A stretch of DNA of 64,000 nt from an uncultured bacterium (GCA_937930175.1 CALGLP010000013.1:139764-203763); one strand, 5' to 3'; counted from the first letter of the stretch, positions 18,798 through 27,787 are shown. The notes: generated from the sequence alone by a model not told the origin. A program made the numbers and translations.

Positions 18798-20504
18798 ATG
18801 GCCCAGTCCATCAAAGAAAAAGTTTTTGAAGCGTTAGCACAGCTTCACCAGATTAAAGAAAAAGATATTGAAGAGGCTGTGGCGATCCATAAACGTAAGG
18901 GGATCAGTCTTGAAAAGGCGTTTGTAGAAAAAGGGCTTATTTCTGAGCAGGATCTGTTGAGCCTCTTGGTCCGAGAGTTGAATATTCCTACCATCAATCT
19001 TGCTAAATATAAAATTGATCCCAGCCTCAAAGAAATTGTTTCTGAGCGCATTGCCCGTCAATACCACATGATTCCTCTTTCGAAGCTTGGCGGCACTATT
19101 ACGGTTGCCCTTTCAGACCCCTTTAATATCTTTGCGATTGATGATTTACGGGTGTTGACTAACAAAAATATTGATGTTGTTCTTAGTGAAAACGCTAAGA
19201 TCACTCAAGCTTTGGATGATTATTATGGTTCTGTTGATGTCAAAAGTGTTGCCGAGGTTAGTCGTGATATTGATACCGAAGATTTCCAGGTTGTGGATGA
19301 AAAAGGGTCGCAAGAGTTTAGTGACGTCAGCGTCGAAGAGAGCGGCCGGGCGCCTATTGTGCGCATGGTTGATCTTATTATTCGGGAGGCCCTTAAACAG
19401 CGCGCCTCAGATATCCATATTGAGCCAGGGGAATCGGATGCTCGTGTTCGCTATCGGGTGGACGGTGTTCTTCGCGAGGTTTTAAGTATTCCCAAGGTTA
19501 ATCAAAACGCGGTCGTTGTGCGCATTAAGATTATGTCGGGAGTGGATATTACGGAAATGCAGTCTCCTCAGGATGGGCGCTTTAAAATGCGGATGGCTTC
19601 CCGTGAAGTTGATTTTCGTGTCTCCCTTCTTCCTACAACCTTTGGGCAAAAGGTTGTTATTCGTGTTTTGGATAAAACGAGCTTGGCTTCAGGGTTAGAT
19701 GGGCTGAACTTCTCCTCGGGGCCTGCGCAGTGTCTTAAAGACGCTATTGCCAGGCCTTTTGGCATGATTTTAGTGACGGGTCCAACCGGTAGCGGAAAAT
19801 CGACTACGTTGTATTCTATTGTCAATCAGCTTAATACAGTGGATAAGAATATTATTACAGTGGAAGATCCTGTGGAATATTTAATTGATGGATTAACCCA
19901 AATTCAAGTGCGCCCTGATATCGGTTTAACCTTTGCTTCGGGGTTGCGCTCTATTTTACGCCAAAGCCCAGATGTTGTGATGCTTGGTGAGATCCGTGAT
20001 TCTGAAACCGCTGACATCGCGATTAAGGCGTCTTTGACCGGGCAGCTTGTTTTATCAACGCTTCACACCAATGACGCTTCAGGGGCTTTGACGCGCCTGG
20101 TAGACATGGGCGTGGAATCATTTCTTGTGGCTTCCAGCGTTATTGCCATTTGTGCGCAGCGTCTTTGTCGAACGATTTGTCCTAAATGCAAAGAACCTGT
20201 GGATATTCCTGAAAAGATTTTGAAAGATTTTAAGAATAAAATTAAACCTGGCATGACGTTCTTTGCGGGTAAGGGATGTGATTTTTGTCGTCATACGGGT
20301 TACTATGGGCGACAAGGTGTGATTGAGGTTTTAGAAGTGGATGAATTGATCCGCGAAATGTTGATCAAGGGAACGTCCTCATCGGTCATCAAAGAGTATG
20401 CGATGAAGAAAGGAATGACAACGCTCTGGGATGATGCGGTGGAAAAATGGGTTGCAGGCAAGACGACCGCTGAAGAGGTTTTGCGTATTACCAGTGAGGA
20501 TTGA
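18798..20504 (+). CDS. Type IV pilus assembly ATPase PilB/GspE family, paralogue 2
   Basis: It has the same architecture as paralogue 1: GspE-N region, GPTGSGKSTT, DVVMLGEIRD, and tetracysteine CPKCK...CDFC. It starts 4 nt after paralogue 1. Confidence 0.85.
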   Translation: MAQSIKEKVFEALAQLHQIKEKDIEEAVAIHKRKGISLEKAFVEKGLISEQDLLSLLVRELNIPTINLAKYKIDPSLKEIVSERIARQYHMIPLSKLGGTITVALSDPFNIFAIDDLRVLTNKNIDVVLSENAKITQALDDYYGSVDVKSVAEVSRDIDTEDFQVVDEKGSQEFSDVSVEESGRAPIVRMVDLIIREALKQRASDIHIEPGESDARVRYRVDGVLREVLSIPKVNQNAVVVRIKIMSGVDITEMQSPQDGRFKMRMASREVDFRVSLLPTTFGQKVVIRVLDKTSLASGLDGLNFSSGPAQCLKDAIARPFGMILVTGPTGSGKSTTLYSIVNQLNTVDKNIITVEDPVEYLIDGLTQIQVRPDIGLTFASGLRSILRQSPDVVMLGEIRDSETADIAIKASLTGQLVLSTLHTNDASGALTRLVDMGVESFLVASSVIAICAQRLCRTICPKCKEPVDIPEKILKDFKNKIKPGMTFFAGKGCDFCRHTGYYGRQGVIEVLEVDELIREMLIKGTSSSVIKEYAMKKGMTTLWDDAVEKWVAGKTTAEEVLRITSED

Positions 20505-20537
20505 TTGTAAAAATTTTTAATGAAGGAGAAGTTTGAC

Positions 20538-21746
20538 ATGGCCAATTATCGATATTTAGCAAAAGATGAGAATGCTGCCACGATTACAGGTAAAGTTGCT
20601 GCAGAAGATAAAGAGACCGTGGTCAGAGAGCTGCGCAAGCGTAGTCTTGTTGTGATTTCGGTTGAGGAAGTCAAGGGATTTAGATTGCAGGATGTTTCTT
20701 TTGGTCAAGAGTCGGTTAAGCCTGACGACCTAGTCATTTTTACGCGACAGCTTGCAACGATGATCGAGGCTGGCATTCCGATTTTACAAACCCTGGAAGC
20801 ACTAGAAGAGCAATTGACCCAGAAATACTTTAAAACGGTTGTCGGTGCCATTCGCCAAGATGTTTCTATCGGCAATAGCCTTTCGTCCGCTTTTGGTAAA
20901 CACACACACGTTTTTGACAATTTATTTATTAGTATGGTGAAGGCTGGCGAGACAGGTGGGGCGCTTAACGTCCTTTTGGATCGTATTGCCGGCTACATGG
21001 AAAAGGCTTTGAAACTTAAACGCAAGGTCCAGTCGGCCATGGTGTATCCTACGCTCGTGATTGTTATGGCGATTGCGATTACGTTCTTTCTTTTGATTAA
21101 AGTTGTCCCTACCTTTAAAAGCATTTATGATTCTCTTGGACAGAAATTGCCACCGATGACACAAATTTTGATTTTTGTCAGTAACAATTTGCGCGCGAGT
21201 TTTTTATGGCTTTTGGCGGGGGGTTTTGTGATGTTTGTTGCTTTTATTAATTATCGAAAGACAGAATCGGGAAGTCTTCAGGTTGATCGTGCTATGCTTA
21301 AGCTTCCTATTTTTGGTTCGCTTGTCCAAAAAGTTGCCTTGAGTCGTTTTAGTCGTACATTGGCAACGCTGATTCAAAGTGGCGTGCCGATTTTGACAGC
21401 TCTTGATATTGTTGGTAAAAGTTCTGGTAATCGTGTTATCGAAGTTACTGTGCGGGACGCGGCGGCACATATTCAAGAAGGAGAAAGCCTTTCGGATCCT
21501 TTAACCAAGAGCGGCATGTTCCCTCAAATGGTAACGCGTATGATCTCGGTTGGGGAGAAAACAGGTAAGCTTGATGCAATGCTTATGAAAGTTGCTGATT
21601 TTTATGATGATCAGGTGGATACTGCTGTTTCAGGATTGACGAGTATGATTGAACCATTGATTATCGGTTTTTTGGGCATTGTTGTTGGTTTTATCGTTAT
21701 TGCATTGTTTTTGCCGATTATTAATTTGACGACAGTCATTAAATAG
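20538..21746 (+). CDS. pilC: Type IV pilus inner-membrane platform protein PilC (GspF family)
   Basis: It has two repeated GspF domains (LATMIEAGIPILQTLEAL... / LATLIQSGVPILTALDIV...) and 3 TM segments. GAAGGAG lies before the ATG at 20538. Confidence 0.85.
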   Translation: MANYRYLAKDENAATITGKVAAEDKETVVRELRKRSLVVISVEEVKGFRLQDVSFGQESVKPDDLVIFTRQLATMIEAGIPILQTLEALEEQLTQKYFKTVVGAIRQDVSIGNSLSSAFGKHTHVFDNLFISMVKAGETGGALNVLLDRIAGYMEKALKLKRKVQSAMVYPTLVIVMAIAITFFLLIKVVPTFKSIYDSLGQKLPPMTQILIFVSNNLRASFLWLLAGGFVMFVAFINYRKTESGSLQVDRAMLKLPIFGSLVQKVALSRFSRTLATLIQSGVPILTALDIVGKSSGNRVIEVTVRDAAAHIQEGESLSDPLTKSGMFPQMVTRMISVGEKTGKLDAMLMKVADFYDDQVDTAVSGLTSMIEPLIIGFLGIVVGFIVIALFLPIINLTTVIK

Positions 21747-21763
21747 CCCTAAAGGAATTTGAC

Positions 21764-22810
21764 TTGCGCATATTCAGCAAAGAAAATCGTGTTCTTGGCG
21801 TGGTTGTTTGCATTCTACTCATGCCTGTTTTGGTGAATGCCAAGGCGGATCCATCAACGTCTTTGCTTGACCTTGTTGATCGTTGGGCCCAGAATGCCGC
21901 GGAGCTTGATCAGATGACGAAGAGCCTTTCTGCGGCTAATGCCTTATTGAAGGAAGAAAATAAGCGTTTCGATGATAGTATCAAGATACTAGCGAAAAGA
22001 GACCAACGGTTGTCCAAAGACCTTTACGGGTTATCTCTTCAAGAAAAACAGTTAGGGGTCCTGCGGGATCAGAAAAAGAAAGAGGCCTCTTCTTTTTTAA
22101 GAAAGACAGCAAAGATTTCAAAAAAGATTTTGGTTTTTCAAGCAGAGAAAGAAGCCCTTAGCGCCCAGTTGGCAAGCGAGATCAAACAACAAAATGGCAT
22201 CAGCGATAAAGTTGTTAAGCTCCATCAAGAGATTAAGATTCTTGAGCAGAAGTCTTTTGCGCAGCAACGCCATGATGATGCGATGGTCGATCATTTTAAA
22301 GACTCTCAGGGAGTGGTTGAGCAATTTTTTGATCATCAAGATCATGCGCGAAGAGCGTTGAGCTATTTGCTGGGAGACTTTAATAATGCGTTGCTGCGCT
22401 TTTATGAGCGCATTGCAGATGTGAGCATGCAAAAAAGAAGTCTTGAGATTGATTTGTTGAAAGCACAGGAAGAATGCTTTCTTTTGGAAGCACAAGAAAA
22501 AGAATTGTCTTGTCGGCGCGCAGGATTGAAGGCGCAATCCTCGCGAGGGCTTGAAGAGCGCGCGTCATCGCGGATAATGCTTAAAGAAGAAAATAAAGAG
22601 CTTCAAGATGATTTTATCGCCCAGGAGTTCGAGATTTCAAAAGCGCATTCATTAATAACGAGTCCTCGCGTAGAATCTTTAGCGTTAACTCTTAAGGATC
22701 ATCAAGAAGAAAATAAGTTTCTTAGGAAAGAAATTGTTCGTTTGACTCATATTCTCCATCGTCTTGAAAAACAGAAAAGTAATATTCAGAGCATTCTCAC
22801 CAAAGAGTAG
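21764..22810 (+). CDS. Secreted coiled-coil protein of unknown function embedded in the T4P locus
   Basis: It has a TTG start with AAAGGA 8 nt upstream. It has a signal peptide (MRIFSKENRVLGVVVCILLMPVLVNA|KADP), then about 320 aa of almost uninterrupted coiled-coil-like sequence rich in E/K/Q/L with no recognisable enzymatic motif. Confidence 0.5.
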   Translation: MRIFSKENRVLGVVVCILLMPVLVNAKADPSTSLLDLVDRWAQNAAELDQMTKSLSAANALLKEENKRFDDSIKILAKRDQRLSKDLYGLSLQEKQLGVLRDQKKKEASSFLRKTAKISKKILVFQAEKEALSAQLASEIKQQNGISDKVVKLHQEIKILEQKSFAQQRHDDAMVDHFKDSQGVVEQFFDHQDHARRALSYLLGDFNNALLRFYERIADVSMQKRSLEIDLLKAQEECFLLEAQEKELSCRRAGLKAQSSRGLEERASSRIMLKEENKELQDDFIAQEFEISKAHSLITSPRVESLALTLKDHQEENKFLRKEIVRLTHILHRLEKQKSNIQSILTKE

Positions 22811-22912
22811 CTTTGTTTAGCCCGCCTCAAGGTTTTTAGATAATTTTATTTTTCGATGGTATACTTATAGTAGAAGGGTTTTTAGGCTAAGGTTTATTTT
22901 AAAAACAACCTT

Positions 22913-22941
22913 TGACATCGAGAGGAGGTGAGCATAGAATA
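22913..22941 (+). promoter_or_regulatory. Near-consensus sigma70 promoter of pilA
   Basis: TTGACA is followed by a 17-nt spacer and TAGAAT. The ~150-nt leader contains the 10-bp perfect palindrome AAAGATCTTT (23041-23050), and AGGAGGAG serves as RBS before the pilA ATG. Confidence 0.55.
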
Positions 22942-23094
22942 AATTAAGATAGGATTTGAGCTCGGGCTTTGAAAGATAAGATTGAGAGAGAAGGACAACC
23001 CTTCAACGGCATCATCTGTTCTGTTATTTCTTTCTCTTCAAAAGATCTTTCAGGCTTCAAAGCTTAATCTAAGTCCTGAAAGGAGGAGAGAATA

Positions 23095-23484
23095 ATGAAT
23101 AGAAAAGGTTTTACACTCGTTGAAATCATGATCGTTGTCGCGATCATCGCCTTATTAGCTGCCATTGCTATTCCTAACTTGCTTCGCGCAAGAGTTTCAG
23201 CTAATGATAGTTTAGCGCAGAGCACGCTTCGCGCGCTTTCAACAGCCGCTGAAACTTATGGAACAGCCAATTCCGGTAATTATCCAGAAGATATTACGGA
23301 TTTGACGAATGCAACACCGCCATATCTTAACGTGGCGTATTGTGGCACGACTGTTTCAGGTTTCGTCTATGATTGCGATTTTGAAGTTGGAGGCTATACG
23401 CTGACAGCATCACCTGTGACAGATAATGTCACTGGAACAAAGACGTTTACAATTGAAACGGGAGGCGTTCTTAGCCCTCAGTAA
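23095..23484 (+). CDS. pilA: Type IVa major pilin
   Basis: It has a class III signal peptide MNRKG|FTLVEIMIVVAIIALLAAIAIPNLL with Phe+1 and Glu+5. It is 129 aa with a C-terminal Cys pair (C-x10-C) for the D-region disulfide. Confidence 0.85.
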   Translation: MNRKGFTLVEIMIVVAIIALLAAIAIPNLLRARVSANDSLAQSTLRALSTAAETYGTANSGNYPEDITDLTNATPPYLNVAYCGTTVSGFVYDCDFEVGGYTLTASPVTDNVTGTKTFTIETGGVLSPQ

Positions 23485-23507
23485 TCTTGTAGCGTTGGTT
23501 GTTATGA

Positions 23508-23536
23508 GGGGAGCTTGAAAAAGCTCCCTTTTTTTA
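23508..23536 (+). terminator. Rho-independent terminator after pilA
   Basis: GGGAGCTT-GAAAA-AAGCTCCC hairpin followed by TTTTTTT. Confidence 0.6.
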
Positions 23537-23578
23537 TTTCTTCTTGTTGTGCATCCTCAAAGAAATCCTATTTAACAT

Positions 23579-23606
23579 TTGATTGCAGTGGCAAAATCTT
23601 TATAAT
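23579..23606 (+). promoter_or_regulatory. Putative sigma70 promoter of pilMNOPQ
   Basis: TTGATT is followed by a 16-nt spacer and TATAAT, downstream of the pilA terminator and upstream of pilM. Confidence 0.45.
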
Positions 23607-23724
23607 ACTAATATAATAAGTGCTTTAAGTACTAAATTATGATACCCTTATATGAGTTTTTGTGTCAGGAGATACTTTTTTGGTGATCAGGGGATCTAGG
23701 GATAAATTGCGAGACCTATCTTTT

Positions 23725-24825
23725 ATGCATATTGATGATTTGAAACAGACAATACAGAAAATGATCACACAGTATTTTTCTGTGATCAAGAAATACGCTC
23801 CTTCGCATTCATTGGAATCGTCGATTGGTTTAGACATTGGCGCATCTAGGTGTAAAGCCGTTGAAGTGGTGCGCACACAGAAAGGTTTTAAGATTCTTCA
23901 TTGGGTTATTGAGCCCATTGAAAAAGGAGACATTGCGTCTTGTGTGAAGAGGGTCCTAGAGAAAAGCGGTAAAGAGTGCAAAGAGGTTTATACGGCTGTC
24001 TCTGGCCAGGGAACCCTTATTCGATTTATTAAGATGCCGCGCATGCCTGTTGCGCAACTCAAGGAATCCCTTCGGTTAGAGGCAGATAAATATTTTCCTT
24101 TTCCAAGCAGCGATATTTATATGGATTGTCAAATTCTCGATGACGACAAGGTTAAGGAGAACAAAATGGCTGTGATGGTGGCTGTGGCGAAGAAAGAGAT
24201 CATCAAAGAGCGTCTAGCTCTTGTTGCGTCCTTAGGGCTTCCGGGTTCGTGCGTTGGATTAAATGCGATTGCGCTTGCTAATGCCGTGATTGAGCTTAAG
24301 CAGGAGGGAAGCAAGGATCCCTTTTTGAGTGATAAAAAAGAAGCCTTTGCGGTTATTGATATAGGTGAGGTAAAAACAACCGTTGTGATTTTTCGGGAAT
24401 ATGTTGCGCGTTTTACGCGAGAGATTTCTATTGGGGGCAAGGATTTAACGCAGAAAATGATGGGGATTCTGGGAAGTCATTTTGAAGAGGCGGAAAGAGT
24501 TAAATGTAATCCTGGCAATCGCGGTGATGAAGTTTTTGCGGCGTGTCAGCCGGTGTTGTCAAGTCTTGCATCTGAAATTCGCCTTTCTTTTGATTATTTT
24601 AGTTCGGAAGATGGGGCCAAGGTTTCTAAGGTTTTTCTAACCGGGCAGAGTGCGAGCTTGATTCACATTAAGGATTTTTTTGCTAAAGAACTTGAGATCG
24701 ATACTGAAGAATGGAAGCCTTCGCGGGAGTTAGAATTTGGTGAACACGTGTCTGCCGAGGCCTTTTTTGCCAATATCAATCAATTATCCGTTGCCTTAGG
24801 ATTAGCGGTGAGTCACGATGATTAA
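23725..24825 (+). CDS. pilM: Type IV pilus assembly protein PilM (actin-like ATPase fold)
   Basis: It has the N-terminal motif IGLDIGASRCKAVEV, a second phosphate motif VIDIGEVKTTVVIF, and is about 360 aa. The start is uncertain: in-frame candidates exist at 23662 (GTG), 23725 and 23761. Confidence 0.7.
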   Translation: MHIDDLKQTIQKMITQYFSVIKKYAPSHSLESSIGLDIGASRCKAVEVVRTQKGFKILHWVIEPIEKGDIASCVKRVLEKSGKECKEVYTAVSGQGTLIRFIKMPRMPVAQLKESLRLEADKYFPFPSSDIYMDCQILDDDKVKENKMAVMVAVAKKEIIKERLALVASLGLPGSCVGLNAIALANAVIELKQEGSKDPFLSDKKEAFAVIDIGEVKTTVVIFREYVARFTREISIGGKDLTQKMMGILGSHFEEAERVKCNPGNRGDEVFAACQPVLSSLASEIRLSFDYFSSEDGAKVSKVFLTGQSASLIHIKDFFAKELEIDTEEWKPSRELEFGEHVSAEAFFANINQLSVALGLAVSHDD

Positions 24826-25420
24826 GATCAATCTTGTTCCAGAAGAGCTTATAAAAAAGAAGAAGTATCAATTTCTCAGCAAGCTTGTCAAGAGCCTCCC
24901 CTTAGAAATTTTTATTGGAGCCATTGGTGGGGCAGTGGCGTTGCTGTTAATGATCAACATTGTGCTGCAGTTGGTTATTTTTATTCAACTCGCCAATTGT
25001 CAGAGATTGCAAATCACGCGCGATTTGATCACTCCTGAAAAGCGTCAAGTCGATCAAATTGTGGGCCGCCTCGATGTATTGCGTCAAAAGCTTGATCTTA
25101 TCGAGGGTATTACCAGCGGCAAGCGTGTTCTCTGGGCTCAGAAATTAAATATTGTTAGTGATCTGATCTTGCCAGGAGTGTGGCTTGAGCGCATGATTCT
25201 TGCTCCAGGTTTTTTCTCTCTCGAAGGAAAATCCGTGTCGAATAAGGGTGATCAGCTTGCCTTGGTTGACAGCTTTAACAAGCAATTAAGAAGTAGTCCT
25301 ATTTTTATGAAGGGCATTAAGAGCGTTGATATTGGATCTGTTGATCGTACAAAAGTCAAAACCCTTAATGTGGGTCTTTTTACCATTAAGGCCACGCTTA
25401 ATGCGAGAAGCCATGAATAA
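24818..25420 (+). CDS. pilN: Type IV pilus assembly protein PilN
   Basis: It has the typical N-terminus MIKINLVPEE, a single TM segment, then a coiled coil and a periplasmic domain. It overlaps the pilM stop. Confidence 0.6.
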   Translation: MIKINLVPEELIKKKKYQFLSKLVKSLPLEIFIGAIGGAVALLLMINIVLQLVIFIQLANCQRLQITRDLITPEKRQVDQIVGRLDVLRQKLDLIEGITSGKRVLWAQKLNIVSDLILPGVWLERMILAPGFFSLEGKSVSNKGDQLALVDSFNKQLRSSPIFMKGIKSVDIGSVDRTKVKTLNVGLFTIKATLNARSHE

Positions 25421-25997
25421 AATAGCATTTCCTTCAACCGAAGTTACAAAAAAAATTAGCTATGGCCTTTTAGCTTTGGCGATTATTTTTATTTCTTTTC
25501 TCGATTATTTGATTGTGATGCGTTTGCAGCTGAAAACAATTTCTTCGCTGGGGCAAAAGGCATCGGGCTTTGGAAAGGATATTAAAGAGACCCATTCGAA
25601 TATTGGAAAGATGGATCAACTCAAAGCCGAGGTGGTTAGGCTTGAAGAGAAAATTGGTAAAAATGAAAAGAGTATCTTGCCGACGCCAGACATGGTTATG
25701 ATTGCGGACTATGTTTCTAGTCTCGCGGCGCAGTATGATATTGCGATTAGTCAAGTTGTACCAGTCAAAGAGCTTGAGACGAAAGGCTCTAAGAGTGATC
25801 AGGGGCAGTACGCGGGCGTTCCTATTTCGATACAGGCTGAGGGTGGTTATCATAATATAGGTCTTTTTTTTAGTAGTTTGGAACATGGGGAAAAACTTAT
25901 GAATATTGAAAGTTTTGAGATATCTCGAAACCCAAGGACGACTAAGAAGCATTTGTTAACAATGGTTGTGATGGTATTTGTGCTTAAGAAGGATTAA
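25413..25997 (+). CDS. pilO: Type IV pilus assembly protein PilO
   Basis: It has a single TM segment, a coiled coil and a C-terminal core ending ...AEGGYHNIGLFFSSLEH...MNIESFEISR. Its start ATGAATAA overlaps the pilN stop, and the first in-frame Met of the tabulated ORF lies upstream in pilN. Confidence 0.6.
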   Translation: MNKIAFPSTEVTKKISYGLLALAIIFISFLDYLIVMRLQLKTISSLGQKASGFGKDIKETHSNIGKMDQLKAEVVRLEEKIGKNEKSILPTPDMVMIADYVSSLAAQYDIAISQVVPVKELETKGSKSDQGQYAGVPISIQAEGGYHNIGLFFSSLEHGEKLMNIESFEISRNPRTTKKHLLTMVVMVFVLKKD

Positions 25998-25999
25998 AA

Positions 26000-26368
26000 A
26001 TGAAGAAGAATTGTTATCGAAGATTTCTTTTTTTGCTCATCGCTATTATGGTGGTATCATTTGATTTGTTGTCCGCGCAAGGGGCTAATTTTATTTATCA
26101 GGACAATGGCCGGCGGGATCCTTTTTGGCCTTTGATTTCTCCTGGCGGAACGATTTTGATTTTCGATGCGAATGTGACATTCTCAGACATAATCCTTGAA
26201 GGTATTATTTATGATCCAAAGGGTCAAACGTTGGCGATCATTAATACGAAGGTTGTTAAAGAAACGGATACTATTGGAGGTTTTCTTGTCGTCACGATTG
26301 GGTCGGATCATGTTCTTTTGCGTAAAGAAGGTCAAGAATTTATGCTTCGATCGAAAAAGGAGAAATAA
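26000..26368 (+). CDS. pilP: Type IV pilus assembly protein PilP-like (no lipobox)
   Basis: It has a signal/TM segment, then the hallmark RDPF motif (GRRDPFWPL) and a small C-terminal beta domain. It lies between pilO and pilQ. No Cys-lipobox is present. Confidence 0.55.
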   Translation: MKKNCYRRFLFLLIAIMVVSFDLLSAQGANFIYQDNGRRDPFWPLISPGGTILIFDANVTFSDIILEGIIYDPKGQTLAIINTKVVKETDTIGGFLVVTIGSDHVLLRKEGQEFMLRSKKEK

Positions 26369-26370
26369 GT

Positions 26371-27777
26371 ATGAAAAAGTATGTCATCATTATTTTTAGT
26401 GTTGTGTGTATCGCGATCATGATTCAGCAGCTTTTAGCCCAGCAGGAGACTGTTCTCAAAACAACTCTCGCGCCTACAGAAGTAAATGGAGAGATTGTTG
26501 CTGATGAGGAAACATGCAAAGGGTGTGTGACCTTGGATTTTGAGGATGCGGATATTCGCAATGTTTTAGAAATCCTTGCTTATAAAGCAGGGGTTAATAT
26601 TGTTCCGAGCCCCGATGTTCAAGGATTAGTGACGATTAAGCTCAAGAATGTGACGTGGCAGGATGCCTTGAATGTTATTTTGAAAAGTTATGGCTATGGA
26701 TATAATCAGCAAGGCAATGTTATCATCGTGACAAATATTGCAAATTTAAAAAAGTTGCGTGAAGATGATCTTGTGCTCGCAGATCAAGAATCTGTTAGCA
26801 CCAAGACTTTTGTTTTGGCGTATGCCACAGCCTCGGATGTTGTGGGATCTATTGAGAAAATGCTAACTCCCCGAGGGAGTATTAATTTTGACAAGCGTGC
26901 CAATGTTCTGATTGTGCGTGATACGCCAAGCAATTTACAAGTGATTGCCAATGTTGTGGAGAATCTTGATGCGGCTACGCCTCAGGTTTTGATCGAGGCG
27001 AAAATTATTGAGACAACCTTAAGCAATACAGAAAATATGGGTATTGATTGGGTTGTGCAAGCGACTGTTGAGGGGAGTAAGCGGCCCACGGTATATCCTT
27101 TTACATCGACTTCGTCTAATAAATATGTTAGGGGGATGGCTTTTCCAGTCCCTGATGAAGCTTTGTTTTCATTTGGAACATTGGATTTTAGCCAAATGAG
27201 CGCTGTCCTTGAATTTCTAAAATCACGATCGGGAACAGATATCTTGTCAAATCCACGTATTGCGACTTTAGATAATCAGAAGGCCAGCATTGTTGTTGGT
27301 ACTCAATATCCCTTGCCCCAATATACGTATAATGAAGAGCAGGGCAAGCTTCAGGTTTCGGGGTGGGAATATAAAGATATTGGCATTATTTTTAACGTGA
27401 CGCCTCACGTCAATAAGCTTGGCTATGTGACATTGGATGTTGAGCCCAGGATTACGGCGATTTTAGGACCAGTTATTGTTGAGGGAACATCTGTTCCCGA
27501 GTTGAGTGTAGAATCTGCCTCCACGCGGGTTATGATTAAAGATGGACAGACGCTTGTTATCGCTGGGCTTATTAAAAGTCAGTGGACTAATACAAAAAAG
27601 AAAGTACCTTTTTTAGGAGATATTCCTTTAGCAGGCCTCCTTTTTCAGAAATCAGATAAAACTTTAACAAAAACAGAACTCTTCATTTTCATTACGCCTC
27701 ATATTATTCAGCCGGATCAAAACGATTCAAGCGCAGACTTAAGCGATGCAATGAAACGGTTCGAGAATCGGGAATAG
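26371..27777 (+). CDS. pilQ: Type IV pilus secretin PilQ
   Basis: It has a signal peptide, a secretin N0/STN domain (VTLDFEDADIRNVLEILAYKAGVNIVPS...VTWQDALNVIL) and a C-terminal secretin domain (VVGTQYPLP..., ELFIFITPHII). It is short at 468 aa and has no AMIN domains. Confidence 0.85.
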   Translation: MKKYVIIIFSVVCIAIMIQQLLAQQETVLKTTLAPTEVNGEIVADEETCKGCVTLDFEDADIRNVLEILAYKAGVNIVPSPDVQGLVTIKLKNVTWQDALNVILKSYGYGYNQQGNVIIVTNIANLKKLREDDLVLADQESVSTKTFVLAYATASDVVGSIEKMLTPRGSINFDKRANVLIVRDTPSNLQVIANVVENLDAATPQVLIEAKIIETTLSNTENMGIDWVVQATVEGSKRPTVYPFTSTSSNKYVRGMAFPVPDEALFSFGTLDFSQMSAVLEFLKSRSGTDILSNPRIATLDNQKASIVVGTQYPLPQYTYNEEQGKLQVSGWEYKDIGIIFNVTPHVNKLGYVTLDVEPRITAILGPVIVEGTSVPELSVESASTRVMIKDGQTLVIAGLIKSQWTNTKKKVPFLGDIPLAGLLFQKSDKTLTKTELFIFITPHIIQPDQNDSSADLSDAMKRFENRE

Positions 27778-27787
27778 AAAATAAATC

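Noticed and set aside
22811-23094. Looked for a sigma54 (-24 TGGCAC / -12 TTGC) promoter upstream of pilA
   Set aside because: No convincing -24/-12 element is present. A near-consensus sigma70 -35/-10 is present instead.
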